The notes under the pieces were generated by a model that saw only the letters and a list, made by a program, of their open reading frames with translations, was not told the DNA's origin and searched no databases. 64,000 nt of DNA from an uncultured Bacteroidaceae bacterium. GTDB taxonomy: Bacteria > Bacteroidota > Bacteroidia > Bacteroidales > GCA-2748055. The number at the start of each line of letters is the position of its first letter. Position 1 is the stretch's first letter. Below, in pieces: positions 17,848-26,920 of this stretch. The stretch is from positions 1,383 through 65,382 of the forward strand of contig CAZNFR010000005.1 of NCBI GenBank assembly GCA_964572225.1, in the 5' to 3' direction. Both the position numbers and the translations under genes were made by a program.

Positions 17848-19155
17848 TTAGTCCCTTCTCAGGGAGTTTGCAATCTGATACCCAACGATTCTTTCATATC
17901 GTGAGGTTGTACCGTAAAAATAAACCAGAATTATATAATCATTCTCCGTCTCATAATAATTACCTTCCACAAATCCCAGGTCTGCTTTTTCAGAACCGGT
18001 TGGGGCATAGGCGATCTGGTAATTATAGTACCCCTGCTTAAGAGTGAGGGTTAAATGATAAGTTTTGGACTCAAAATCATAAATCATACGATTTTTCTCA
18101 TTCAACTGCCAGTTCGTGATTCCGCCAAAAACGTAAAAATCACCATCTACAAGGGGTTCTGCCCAGGGAAGGTCAAAATAAACATTCACATAATCGGCAT
18201 CTGTGTCGCTGTTCTTCTCTTCCTGTATTTCAATGAAAAACTTGCCGTTTAGATCATCTTCAAAAAAATAAGGCTTGTTATCCCTGGGTTCATCGGGAAA
18301 AAGCTGAACATGAAAACGATCGTTTTCAAACTCAATATTTCGAATATAGGGGGATTTATACCTCATGCTTTTAATATCAAACCATCGGAATTCCCGCCCA
18401 GCCATAAATACATTTTCCATTTGATAGTCGTAATCCATAACCCCGTTACGGTCGAACAAAGGTTTCAGATCGTCTATGGAATTGTCCCATCTTCCATTTT
18501 GGAGTATTCTCACCTTGATGTCATTGAAAGGATCTTCAATTCTGAATGATCCATAACCAACCCGGAAGTTGATCTGGTGTCCTATATCCCTGTAAATAGA
18601 CATCACGGGTCTTTGAATGTTAACATCCACATTCATGATTTTTTCAGCTACCATGAACTTTTTGATCAGAACCAGGTCATTTTCATCAAAATTCTCATAG
18701 ACAACCAGAGCATAGTTGCCCGAAATCCTGAATTTTACATCGGGGTTGGGGAGCTTCAGGGTATAATTTATATAACTTGTGTAGGTATTAAAAGAATACT
18801 CGTATTCTTCAATCTGGTTCTGGAGACTACCTTCGATGAATTCACTTTCCGGAAGCGGTGTGGGCTTCCATTCAGAATCACAATGAATAATTTTATAGTT
18901 ATAGTTTCGGATTTCCTGACTGAGATCATCGAACTTGAGTATGAGACCTGTTTCTCCCCTTAAGTCGATTATGGGATAACTTAAACGCCAGCCCTCCCTG
19001 AACAAAAGGACTGACCGAATATTATCCTTAAATATATTTTCACTGAGAGTATCGCCGGGAAAGAATTGTGCCTTGATCCCACCAGAAGCCAGAAGAGAGA
19101 TCAACATTGAAAGCAAGGGCAGGAAAACCGGTTTTTTTCGAACAGATTTTTTCAT
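17848..19155 (-). CDS. DUF5103 protein (type IX secretion translocon plug-like), signal peptide
   Basis: 435 aa. Signal peptide ending in KAQ; LKFDDL, YKIIHCDSEWKP, SGNYALVVY, LTLKQGYYNYQ, EGNYYETENDY match the DUF5103 family as I recall it. Confidence 0.8.
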   Translation of the reverse strand: MKKSVRKKPVFLPLLSMLISLLASGGIKAQFFPGDTLSENIFKDNIRSVLLFREGWRLSYPIIDLRGETGLILKFDDLSQEIRNYNYKIIHCDSEWKPTPLPESEFIEGSLQNQIEEYEYSFNTYTSYINYTLKLPNPDVKFRISGNYALVVYENFDENDLVLIKKFMVAEKIMNVDVNIQRPVMSIYRDIGHQINFRVGYGSFRIEDPFNDIKVRILQNGRWDNSIDDLKPLFDRNGVMDYDYQMENVFMAGREFRWFDIKSMRYKSPYIRNIEFENDRFHVQLFPDEPRDNKPYFFEDDLNGKFFIEIQEEKNSDTDADYVNVYFDLPWAEPLVDGDFYVFGGITNWQLNEKNRMIYDFESKTYHLTLTLKQGYYNYQIAYAPTGSEKADLGFVEGNYYETENDYIILVYFYGTTSRYERIVGYQIANSLRRD

Positions 19156-19265
19156 TGATTGTTATTGATATAGCGTTATTTAAATAACAGAATGTCCCTA
19201 TTTATGTTGTGGAACATTGGCTTAAAATTAACAAAAGCAGAAATATATATACTTTCATAAATCTA

Positions 19266-19323
19266 TATCTTTGCAGATGCTCAATTAATTCATGTTCAAA
19301 CTAAGTAAAAATCTGTATTTTTG
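19266..19323 (+). promoter_or_regulatory. Two tandem -7 elements upstream of nqrA
   Basis: TATCTTTG at 19266-19273 and TATTTTTG at 19316-19323. Confidence 0.6.
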
Positions 19324-19352
19324 CTTCAGTTTTTAAAATAACAATAAAAATT

Positions 19353-20705
19353 ATGCCGGAAACTATTAAGCTGAGGAAGGGTCTTGATATTAAGCTACAA
19401 GGAAAAGCGGATAAAATCTACATGAGAGCTGAAAGAGCAACCTCCTACGCTGTTAAACCTACCGACTTTCAGGGTATAATGCCCAAACTGGTTGCGAAAC
19501 CCGGGGATGAGGTTAAGGTTGGATCGGTACTCTTTTTTGACAAGTACAATCCTGATGTAAAGTTTACCTCTCCTGTGTCGGGTAAAGTTAGTGCCATTAA
19601 CAGAGGAGAGCGCAGGAAGATTCTTGAAGTCGTTGTAGAGCCGGATCCCCAGGATGATTTTATTGAGTACAAGGTTGGTGAACCTTTCTCCTTGGGCAGA
19701 GAGGAGATTATCCGTTTGTTACTTGAGAGTGGGATGTGGCCAACCATTCAGCAGCGTCCTTATGCTGTTATTGCCAATCCGGCAAAGAAACCCAAAGCGA
19801 TATTTATTTCCGGTTTCGATAGTTCCCCGCTTGCACCGGATGTTGATTTTCTGGTAAAAGATTTTGAAAAGGAGTTTCAAAAGGGAATTGATGTACTTTC
19901 CCGTTTGACCGAAGGTAAGATTCACCTCAGTCTTAATGCAGATTATCCTTCGTCAAAAACCTACAGCAGGGCTAAAGGAGTGGAATTGCATTATTTTAAT
20001 GGGCCCCATCCCTCAGGAAATGTGGGGGTTCAGATTCATCATATTGACCCGGTGAACAAGGGAGAGTATGTATGGTATATTCGTCCCATGGATGTGATAC
20101 GAACGGGAAAGTTTTTTATGGACGGTAAAGTGGACAATTCTGCTTTTGTTGCCCTTACCGGATCAGAGGTGATAAAGCCGGTATATTACAAAATGATCAG
20201 GGGAGCCTGTATATCCAATCTTATCCGGGATAATATTAAAGGGGATAACAACCGTTACATTACCGGCAATGTACTTACCGGCACTGCAATTTCCCGAAAC
20301 GGCTACCTTGGGTTTTACGATAATCAGATAACCGTAATTCCCGAAGGGGATCATTACGAGTTTCTGGGATGGGCAACCCCCGGGTTTAATGAATTCAGTA
20401 CATCGAGAACCTTCTTTTCATGGTTGCAGCCTGATAAAGAGTACCGTCTCGATACGAATCTAAAGGGTGGTAAGCGCGCATTTGTCATGACGGGTCAATA
20501 CGAGAAAGTTTTTCCGATGAATATTTACCCGGTACAGCTCCTGAAATCAATCCTCGTGGAAGACATAGATATGATGGAGAAACTGGGTATTTATGAGGTT
20601 GCAGAGGAAGATATGGCACTTTGTGAATTCGTTTGCACCAGTAAAACCGATGTGCAGCACATTTTAAGAACCGGTCTTGACCTTATGAAGAAGGAGACCG
20701 AATAG
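19353..20705 (+). CDS. nqrA: Na+-translocating NADH:quinone reductase subunit A
   Basis: IKLRKGLDI, RGERR, GPHPSGNVG, GNVLTG, EVAEEDMALCEFVCTSK. Confidence 0.96.
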   Translation: MPETIKLRKGLDIKLQGKADKIYMRAERATSYAVKPTDFQGIMPKLVAKPGDEVKVGSVLFFDKYNPDVKFTSPVSGKVSAINRGERRKILEVVVEPDPQDDFIEYKVGEPFSLGREEIIRLLLESGMWPTIQQRPYAVIANPAKKPKAIFISGFDSSPLAPDVDFLVKDFEKEFQKGIDVLSRLTEGKIHLSLNADYPSSKTYSRAKGVELHYFNGPHPSGNVGVQIHHIDPVNKGEYVWYIRPMDVIRTGKFFMDGKVDNSAFVALTGSEVIKPVYYKMIRGACISNLIRDNIKGDNNRYITGNVLTGTAISRNGYLGFYDNQITVIPEGDHYEFLGWATPGFNEFSTSRTFFSWLQPDKEYRLDTNLKGGKRAFVMTGQYEKVFPMNIYPVQLLKSILVEDIDMMEKLGIYEVAEEDMALCEFVCTSKTDVQHILRTGLDLMKKETE

Positions 20706-20755
20706 TTGGATGGCCCGTTCACGTTAAAAATAACAATGAAATTCAAATCTTTGTG

Positions 20756-21934
20756 ATGAAAGGATTAAGAAAATATATTGATAAGATCAAGCCTCAATTT
20801 GAAAAAGGGGGTCGCTTCGAAAAACTTCATTCTACTTTTGATGCATTCGAGACCTTCCTTTTTGTTCCGAATAAGGTAACCCGCAGGGGTACTCATATTC
20901 GTGACAAAATAGACATGAAAAGGACCATGTCCATGGTAGTTTTTGCAATGGTTCCGACCCTGTTATTCGGTATCTGGAATGCCGGCCATCAGCATTTTAT
21001 AGCCATTGGAGAGAATGCGGATTTATGGACAAAGATGCTCTACGGACTCATCCGGATTCTTCCTATCATCGTTGTATCTTATGTTACCGGTCTGGCCTTG
21101 GAATTTATTTTTGCACAGATCCGGGGGCATGAAGTAAACGAGGGTTTCCTGGTAAGCGGAATGTTGATCCCGCTTATTATGCCGGTTGATGTACCTTTAT
21201 GGATGGTTGCCGTATCCACTGCCTTTGCGGTGATAATTGGCAAGGAAGTATTCGGGGGAACCGGAATGAATATTTTAAATCCGGCTTTAACCGCCAGAGC
21301 CTTCCTGTTTTTTGCCTATCCCAGCGAAATGTCGGGAGACCTCGTTTGGGTTTCCGGATTAAAATCGGGTGAAGGGATTCTGGATGCCTATTCCGGTGCC
21401 ACCATACTCGGTCAGGCTGCTGTGGGTGGTGAAACTTTCACCAACGGCCTTGGCAATACCTACACCACAATGGATATGTTTATCGGAACCATTCCAGGTT
21501 CCATTGGAGAGACTTCAACCCTTGCCATATTACTGGGCGCTTTTATCCTGATTTTTACAGGAGTGGGCAGTTGGAAAATAATTCTTTCAACCTTTGCCGG
21601 AGGAGCGGCCATGGGTATTTTATTAAATGTTTTCGCCGTTAATCCCTTTATGCAGATCCCATTCTGGGAGCAACTGATCCTGGGTGGATTTGCTTTTGGT
21701 GCGGTCTACATGGCGACAGATCCCGTTACAGCGGCGCAAACCGAGAAAGGCAAATGGATCTATGGTTTCCTGATTGGATTCCTGGCAATATTAATAAGGG
21801 TGCTTAATCCTGCATATCCCGAAGGAGTGATGCTGGCCATCCTCCTTATGAATGTGTTTGCCCCTCTCATTGATCACTATGTGATAGAAGCCAATATTAA
21901 AAAACGACTTAAAAGAGTCAGAGTAACTGCATAA
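20756..21934 (+). CDS. nqrB: Na+-NQR subunit B
   Basis: HIRDKIDMKRTM, GKEVFGGTGMNILNPALTARAF, DAYSGAT (FMN-Thr), YMATDPV. Confidence 0.96.
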   Translation: MKGLRKYIDKIKPQFEKGGRFEKLHSTFDAFETFLFVPNKVTRRGTHIRDKIDMKRTMSMVVFAMVPTLLFGIWNAGHQHFIAIGENADLWTKMLYGLIRILPIIVVSYVTGLALEFIFAQIRGHEVNEGFLVSGMLIPLIMPVDVPLWMVAVSTAFAVIIGKEVFGGTGMNILNPALTARAFLFFAYPSEMSGDLVWVSGLKSGEGILDAYSGATILGQAAVGGETFTNGLGNTYTTMDMFIGTIPGSIGETSTLAILLGAFILIFTGVGSWKIILSTFAGGAAMGILLNVFAVNPFMQIPFWEQLILGGFAFGAVYMATDPVTAAQTEKGKWIYGFLIGFLAILIRVLNPAYPEGVMLAILLMNVFAPLIDHYVIEANIKKRLKRVRVTA

Positions 21935-21945
21935 CCCAAAACATC

Positions 21946-22677
21946 ATGAAGAATTTCAGTAACCTCTACATTTTTATCTTTTCCTCAGCAATGGTTATCA
22001 TAGTTGCAGCTCTGCTCTCCTTTGTTGCTGAAGAGCTCAAACCCCTGCAGGAAAGGAATGTTGAACTTGAAAAAAAGACGGATATTCTCAGATCTGTGAA
22101 TATGACCGAAGGAATGGATACAGTCCGCAACAGGGATATTTTCATTGAGGAAAGATTCTCCAACTTTATAAGCGAGAGCTTTGTATTGAATTCCGAAGGT
22201 GAGGTTCAGGAAGGCCTGGATGCATTTGAAATCACCAAGGACCTTAAGGCAGAAATTGACAAACCCGCAGAAGAAAGAAATCTTCCCGTTTTTGTTTTTG
22301 AAACCACCGAGAATGAAAAAAACTATATTATTCCTGTGCGGGGCAAAGGTCTGTGGGGACCCATATGGGGGTATGTGGCAATTAAGGAGGATCTTACCAC
22401 CATTGCCGGTACGGTTTTCGATCATTCCAAAGAAACTCCGGGACTCGGTGCTGAGATTAACGAAGGTTGGTTCCAGGCCGAATTTGAAGGCAAAAAGATC
22501 TTTAACGAGCAGGGAGAATTTACCAGTATCAAGGTCGTGAAGGGAGGAGCCGACCCGAATGATCCTCATAGTGTGGATGCTGTATCCGGAGGTACCATAA
22601 CCAGTAACGGTCTTCAGGATATGCTCGAAGATTGTCTGAGTCCTTATATCCCGTTTTTTAAACAACGAATGAATTAA
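21946..22677 (+). CDS. nqrC: Na+-NQR subunit C
   Basis: GKGLWGPIWG, HSKETPGLGAEI, VDAVSGGTITS (FMN-Thr). Confidence 0.95.
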   Translation: MKNFSNLYIFIFSSAMVIIVAALLSFVAEELKPLQERNVELEKKTDILRSVNMTEGMDTVRNRDIFIEERFSNFISESFVLNSEGEVQEGLDAFEITKDLKAEIDKPAEERNLPVFVFETTENEKNYIIPVRGKGLWGPIWGYVAIKEDLTTIAGTVFDHSKETPGLGAEINEGWFQAEFEGKKIFNEQGEFTSIKVVKGGADPNDPHSVDAVSGGTITSNGLQDMLEDCLSPYIPFFKQRMN

Positions 22678-22688
22678 AGCAAAAGATT

Positions 22689-23333
22689 ATGAGTGAAAAG
22701 GAACCCTTATTCTCAACCAAGAATTTAAAACTGTTAAAGGAACCCCTTAACGATAACAATCCCATTACGGTTCAGGTATTGGGTATTTGTTCTGCACTTG
22801 CGATAACCGTGCAGCTTAAACCATCTGTGGTCATGGCAATATCGGTAGTTGCAGTAATGGGCGTTTCCAATGTTGTAATATCGTTGCTCAGAAAGATGAT
22901 TCCTCCAAGAATCAGGATAATCGTTCAATTAACCGTAATTGCCACTATGGTGATACTCGTCGATGAGATTCTGTCGGCTTTCGCCTACGATGTAAGCAAA
23001 CAGCTTTCTGTTTTTGTCGGGTTGATCATAACAAACTGTATCATTATGGGACGACTTGAAGCATTTGCCATGGGTAACAAAGTCTGGCCTTCGTTTCTGG
23101 ATGGGATCGGAAATGCTGCCGGATATGGCGTCATCCTGATTATAGTAGCATTTTTCAGGGAGCTGATGGGTGCCGGAACGCTCTGGGGTTACCAGGTGAT
23201 GCCGGAAGCTTTTTATGAAGCCGGTTATGCCAACAACGGACTTATGATCCTGCCTCCTATGGCATTGGTTACGGTGGGAGTAATTATCTGGGTGCAAAGA
23301 AGCAGGAACAGGAAGCTCATTGAAGAAAACTAA
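22689..23333 (+). CDS. nqrD: Na+-NQR subunit D
   Basis: NNPITVQVLGICSALA, FVGLIITNCIIMGRLEAFA. Confidence 0.96.
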   Translation: MSEKEPLFSTKNLKLLKEPLNDNNPITVQVLGICSALAITVQLKPSVVMAISVVAVMGVSNVVISLLRKMIPPRIRIIVQLTVIATMVILVDEILSAFAYDVSKQLSVFVGLIITNCIIMGRLEAFAMGNKVWPSFLDGIGNAAGYGVILIIVAFFRELMGAGTLWGYQVMPEAFYEAGYANNGLMILPPMALVTVGVIIWVQRSRNRKLIEEN

Positions 23334-23348
23334 AAAAAAATCGCTAAA

Positions 23349-23966
23349 ATGGAAAACCTCGTTGACATATTTGTAAAGAGTATCTTCATAGACAATATGA
23401 TCTTTGCCTACTTCCTGGGTATGTGTTCATACCTGGCAGTATCAAAGACCGTAAAGACATCGACCGGATTGGGCATTGCGGTCATCTTCGTCCTGGGCTT
23501 TACCGTGCCTATCGATTTTCTGTTGCAGGAATATGTTCTGAAACCCGGTGCACTAAGCTGGGTTAGTCCGCAATTCGAGGATGTTGACCTGAGCTTCCTC
23601 AGTTTTATTATGTTTATTGCAGTGATCGCCTCCATGGTTCAGCTTGTGGAAATGATTATCGAGAAATTTAGTCCGTCACTCTATTCCTCTTTGGGTATCT
23701 TTTTACCGCTGATTGCGGTAAACTGTGCCATATTGGGAGGTTCTCTCTTCATGCAGGAAAGGGAATATGCAAACATAGCCGAAGCTACTTCATTCGGGCT
23801 TGGTTCCGGTGTGGGTTGGTTCCTGGCAATTGTGGGAATTGCAGCGATAAGGGAGAAAATAAGATATTCCAACGTTCCCGCGCCCCTCAGAGGGCTCGGT
23901 ATTACATTCATCATCACCGGACTGATGGGAATTGCATTTATGAGTTTCATGGGTATTAAACTTTAA
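23349..23966 (+). CDS. nqrE: Na+-NQR subunit E
   Basis: [32 protein letters not shown]. Confidence 0.96.
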   Translation: MENLVDIFVKSIFIDNMIFAYFLGMCSYLAVSKTVKTSTGLGIAVIFVLGFTVPIDFLLQEYVLKPGALSWVSPQFEDVDLSFLSFIMFIAVIASMVQLVEMIIEKFSPSLYSSLGIFLPLIAVNCAILGGSLFMQEREYANIAEATSFGLGSGVGWFLAIVGIAAIREKIRYSNVPAPLRGLGITFIITGLMGIAFMSFMGIKL

Positions 23967-23982
23967 CTAGTAGTAAAAAGAT

Positions 23983-25236
23983 ATGGTATTTCTGACAACA
24001 GAATTAGGGGTAATCCTGGTAAGTATTGCGGTATTCCTCGGGGTAATTTTAACTCTTGTACTGGTGCTGCTTTATGCCAGAACTAAACTTACACCCCAGG
24101 GTGAAGTAGTCCTGAAAGTAAACGACCAGGAATTTGAAGTCCAGCCCGGATCCACGGTACTTTCCACTTTATCCAATCAGGGGATCTTCCTGCCATCGGC
24201 ATGTGGTGGAGGTGGTACCTGTGCTATGTGTAAATGCCAGGTTCTGGAAGGAGGTGGATCCATCCTTCCCACTGAAACAGGATTCTTTACAAGGAAAGAG
24301 CAGCAGGAAAACTGGAGGCTGGGCTGCCAGGTGAAAATCAGGGACAATATGGTTATTAAGGTTCCTGAAGAAGTGATGGGTATTAAAAAATGGGATTGTG
24401 AAGTAGTGTCGAACAGGAATGTGGCCACCTTTATTAAGGAATTTGTTGTAAGGTTGCCGGAAGGAGAGACCCTGGATTTTCAATCGGGGGGGTATATTCA
24501 GATAGACGTTCCTAGGGTAGATGTGGATTTCAAGGATATGATGGTTGAGGAACAATTCAGGGATGAATGGGATAAGTTCAACATGTGGGACTTGAAAATG
24601 AAAAATTCGGAAGAAACTTTCCGGGCCTATTCCATGGCAAATCATCCGGCTGAAGGGAATATCGTGATGCTGAACATCAGGATAGCAACTCCCCCCTGGG
24701 ATCGTTCCAAAGGTCAGTTTATGAAAGTAAATCCGGGTGTTTGCTCTTCTTATATATTTTCCCGTAAGCCAGGTGACAAAGTGACCATCTCGGGACCCTA
24801 TGGAGAATTTTTCATTAAGGATACCGATAAGGAAATGGTCTACATTGGCGGGGGTGCAGGGATGGCTCCTCTCAGATCCCATATTTTTCACCTTTTTCAC
24901 ACCCTCAAAACCAATCGAAAGGTTTCTTACTGGTATGGAGCACGTTCCAAAAGAGAAATCTTTTATGAAGAACATTTCCGGAAGATCGAAAAGGAGTTTC
25001 CCAACTTTAAGTTTAATATAGCCCTTTCTGAACCCTTGCCGGAGGATAACTGGAAGGGATATACCGGATTCATTCATCAGGTAGTGTACGAAGAATATCT
25101 CAGTAAACATGAAGAACCTGAGGAGGTTGAATTTTACCTCTGTGGCCCCCCGATGATGAACGAAGCTGTTATGAAAATGCTCTATGATCTGGGAGTACCT
25201 GATGAAATGGTTGATTTCGACGATTTTGGAGGTTAA
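23983..25236 (+). CDS. nqrF: Na+-NQR subunit F
   Basis: [14 protein letters not shown] (2Fe-2S), [32 protein letters not shown]. Confidence 0.97.
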   Translation: MVFLTTELGVILVSIAVFLGVILTLVLVLLYARTKLTPQGEVVLKVNDQEFEVQPGSTVLSTLSNQGIFLPSACGGGGTCAMCKCQVLEGGGSILPTETGFFTRKEQQENWRLGCQVKIRDNMVIKVPEEVMGIKKWDCEVVSNRNVATFIKEFVVRLPEGETLDFQSGGYIQIDVPRVDVDFKDMMVEEQFRDEWDKFNMWDLKMKNSEETFRAYSMANHPAEGNIVMLNIRIATPPWDRSKGQFMKVNPGVCSSYIFSRKPGDKVTISGPYGEFFIKDTDKEMVYIGGGAGMAPLRSHIFHLFHTLKTNRKVSYWYGARSKREIFYEEHFRKIEKEFPNFKFNIALSEPLPEDNWKGYTGFIHQVVYEEYLSKHEEPEEVEFYLCGPPMMNEAVMKMLYDLGVPDEMVDFDDFGG

Positions 25237-25250
25237 AAAAAAATTAAAAT

Positions 25251-26285
25251 ATGAATATTTACAGATTTGCAGGATCTCTGATTGCGGGGATCCTGCTTTT
25301 ATTTGCTTATTCCTGCGAATCGGGAAAGGATTTGGTTTATTTAAAACTTTCCGGCTTTGCACAGGGAACAACCTACAATATCACGTATGGTGTAACCGAC
25401 TCCCTTGATTATTCCCAGAGTATTGATTCTCTGTTGCGGGATTTTGACAATTCCATGTCCACCTATGAGGAAGGATCACTTATATCAAGGATAAACCGAA
25501 ATGAGGAAGATAAGTTGGATGACCGTTTTCTGAAGGTTTTGGAAGTTGCTGGGGAAGTTTATGAAGCCTCAGAGGGTGCCTTTGACCTTACGGTTATGCC
25601 CCTGGTAAATGCCTGGGGATTTGGTCCCGGAAGAAGAATGGAGATGGAACCCAAGACCATAGACAGCTTATTGCAGTTTGTAGGCATGGACAAAATCCGG
25701 GTAGAGGGAGGCCGGCTTATTAAAGACAAAGCAGGAATCAGTCTGGATGTTAATGCGATTGCTCAGGGATTGTCGGTTGATGAAGTAGCTTCTTTCCTGA
25801 AGTCAAAAAACATTTCTAATTACATGGTCGAAATCGGAGGCGAGGTGAAAACCCTGGGACTGAATCCGAAAAAGCAAGTTTGGAAGATCGGAGTCGACAG
25901 ACCTGAGTACGGTAATTATCTGCCTGGTCAGAACCTTCAGGTTATTCTTGAACTAGAGGACAAAGCCCTCGCTACCAGTGGTAATTACCGTAAGTTTTAC
26001 GAGCAGAACGGAGTGAAGTACTCTCACTCTATCGATCCTATAACCGGTTACCCTGTAATGTCTCAGTTGTTGAGTGTAACCATAATATCGGATGATTGCG
26101 TGGTAGCCGATGCATACGCGACCGCCTGTATGGTATCGGGATTGGAAAAGGCAAGGGAAATGATACAATCAACAGAAGGGGTGGAGGCTTATTTTATTTA
26201 CAATGACGATAAAGGGGAATACCTGACCGATTATACCAAAGGATTTTCAAAATATATCTATAAAGAAACAGGATCAGAGGACTAA
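25251..26285 (+). CDS. apbE: FAD:protein FMN transferase (lipoprotein)
   Basis: Lipobox AYSC; GFAQGTTYNI, LDVNAIAQG, VEIGGE, ATSGNYR, ADAYATA. Follows nqrF. Confidence 0.94.
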   Translation: MNIYRFAGSLIAGILLLFAYSCESGKDLVYLKLSGFAQGTTYNITYGVTDSLDYSQSIDSLLRDFDNSMSTYEEGSLISRINRNEEDKLDDRFLKVLEVAGEVYEASEGAFDLTVMPLVNAWGFGPGRRMEMEPKTIDSLLQFVGMDKIRVEGGRLIKDKAGISLDVNAIAQGLSVDEVASFLKSKNISNYMVEIGGEVKTLGLNPKKQVWKIGVDRPEYGNYLPGQNLQVILELEDKALATSGNYRKFYEQNGVKYSHSIDPITGYPVMSQLLSVTIISDDCVVADAYATACMVSGLEKAREMIQSTEGVEAYFIYNDDKGEYLTDYTKGFSKYIYKETGSED

Positions 26286-26476
26286 ACCTGAGGTTTTTCT
26301 GCCTCACATGCGCCGGCTCCGCAACCGCATGTGATCCCCTGACTTTGAAGTTCCGGAGTTGAAGAAGCGCAACTGCTTCCCTTGAATTCGGCCTTACGGT
26401 CAAATAACATTTTTATCCCGATTCCAAGTAAACCGAGACTTAATAAAACTACAGCTAACAACAGCACTTTAAGCAT
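26282..26476 (-). CDS. nqrM: NqrM-like (DUF539-like) small membrane protein with 4 Cys
   Basis: 64 aa from ATG 26476. N-terminal TM helix, then FKGSSC...GITCGCGAGAC, matching the NqrM pattern TM-GSC...CxC...C. Adjacent to apbE. The symbol is tentative. Confidence 0.6.
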   Translation of the reverse strand: MLKVLLLAVVLLSLGLLGIGIKMLFDRKAEFKGSSCASSTPELQSQGITCGCGAGACEAEKPQV

Positions 26477-26537
26477 AATTATCTCCTTTACCAATTAACA
26501 TTTACGGACAGGATTGGTTCATTCTTCCAGGTCAGTA

Positions 26538-26756
26538 TCAACTGCAGCCAGGGCAACCTTGTTTGGAGTCACGGTACTTGTTGTGGCATTTCATCTCCTC
26601 ATGTTTGACACAGGTAATGCCCAGTTTCTTCATGTTCTTGTTATGTCCCACCTGATAAGCGGGAAAACGCCCTTTCTTTCTTACCAAAATTGAAATTCCC
26701 ATCCCCAGCATTGCAGCGGAAATGAGTACAAAGCTTATAAGTATTAATTTAATCAA
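26538..26756 (-). CDS. Small single-TM Cys-rich hypothetical protein, distant paralogue of 26282..26476
   Basis: 72 aa, TTG start. TM helix, KKGRF, GHNKNMKKLGITC, C-terminal CPGC. Confidence 0.7.
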   Translation of the reverse strand: MIKLILISFVLISAAMLGMGISILVRKKGRFPAYQVGHNKNMKKLGITCVKHEEMKCHNKYRDSKQGCPGCS

Positions 26757-26796
26757 AACTTGAACAATTTAAGCCTGGTTGTTGTCCTTAAAACGA

Positions 26797-26804
26797 CAAA
26801 ATTA
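26797..26804 (-). promoter_or_regulatory. -7 element for the two small Cys-rich genes
   Basis: TAATTTTG on the minus strand. Confidence 0.55.
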
Positions 26805-26875
26805 ATTAATTATTAGGTTTGTAAACCATAATCTGAAACATTTCTGTCCACCTGATCAATCTCATTTATCCTTCG

Positions 26876-26883
26876 TATTTTTG
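26876..26883 (+). promoter_or_regulatory. -7 element for the E1 alpha/beta gene
   Basis: TATTTTTG. Confidence 0.6.
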
Positions 26884-26920
26884 TAGGTCAGGAAGTAAAA
26901 TTCAAGTTAAGCCAACAACT

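Noticed and set aside
24169-25371. 400-aa antisense ORF
   Set aside because: It lies exactly opposite the highly conserved nqrF and has no motifs; it is a shadow ORF.
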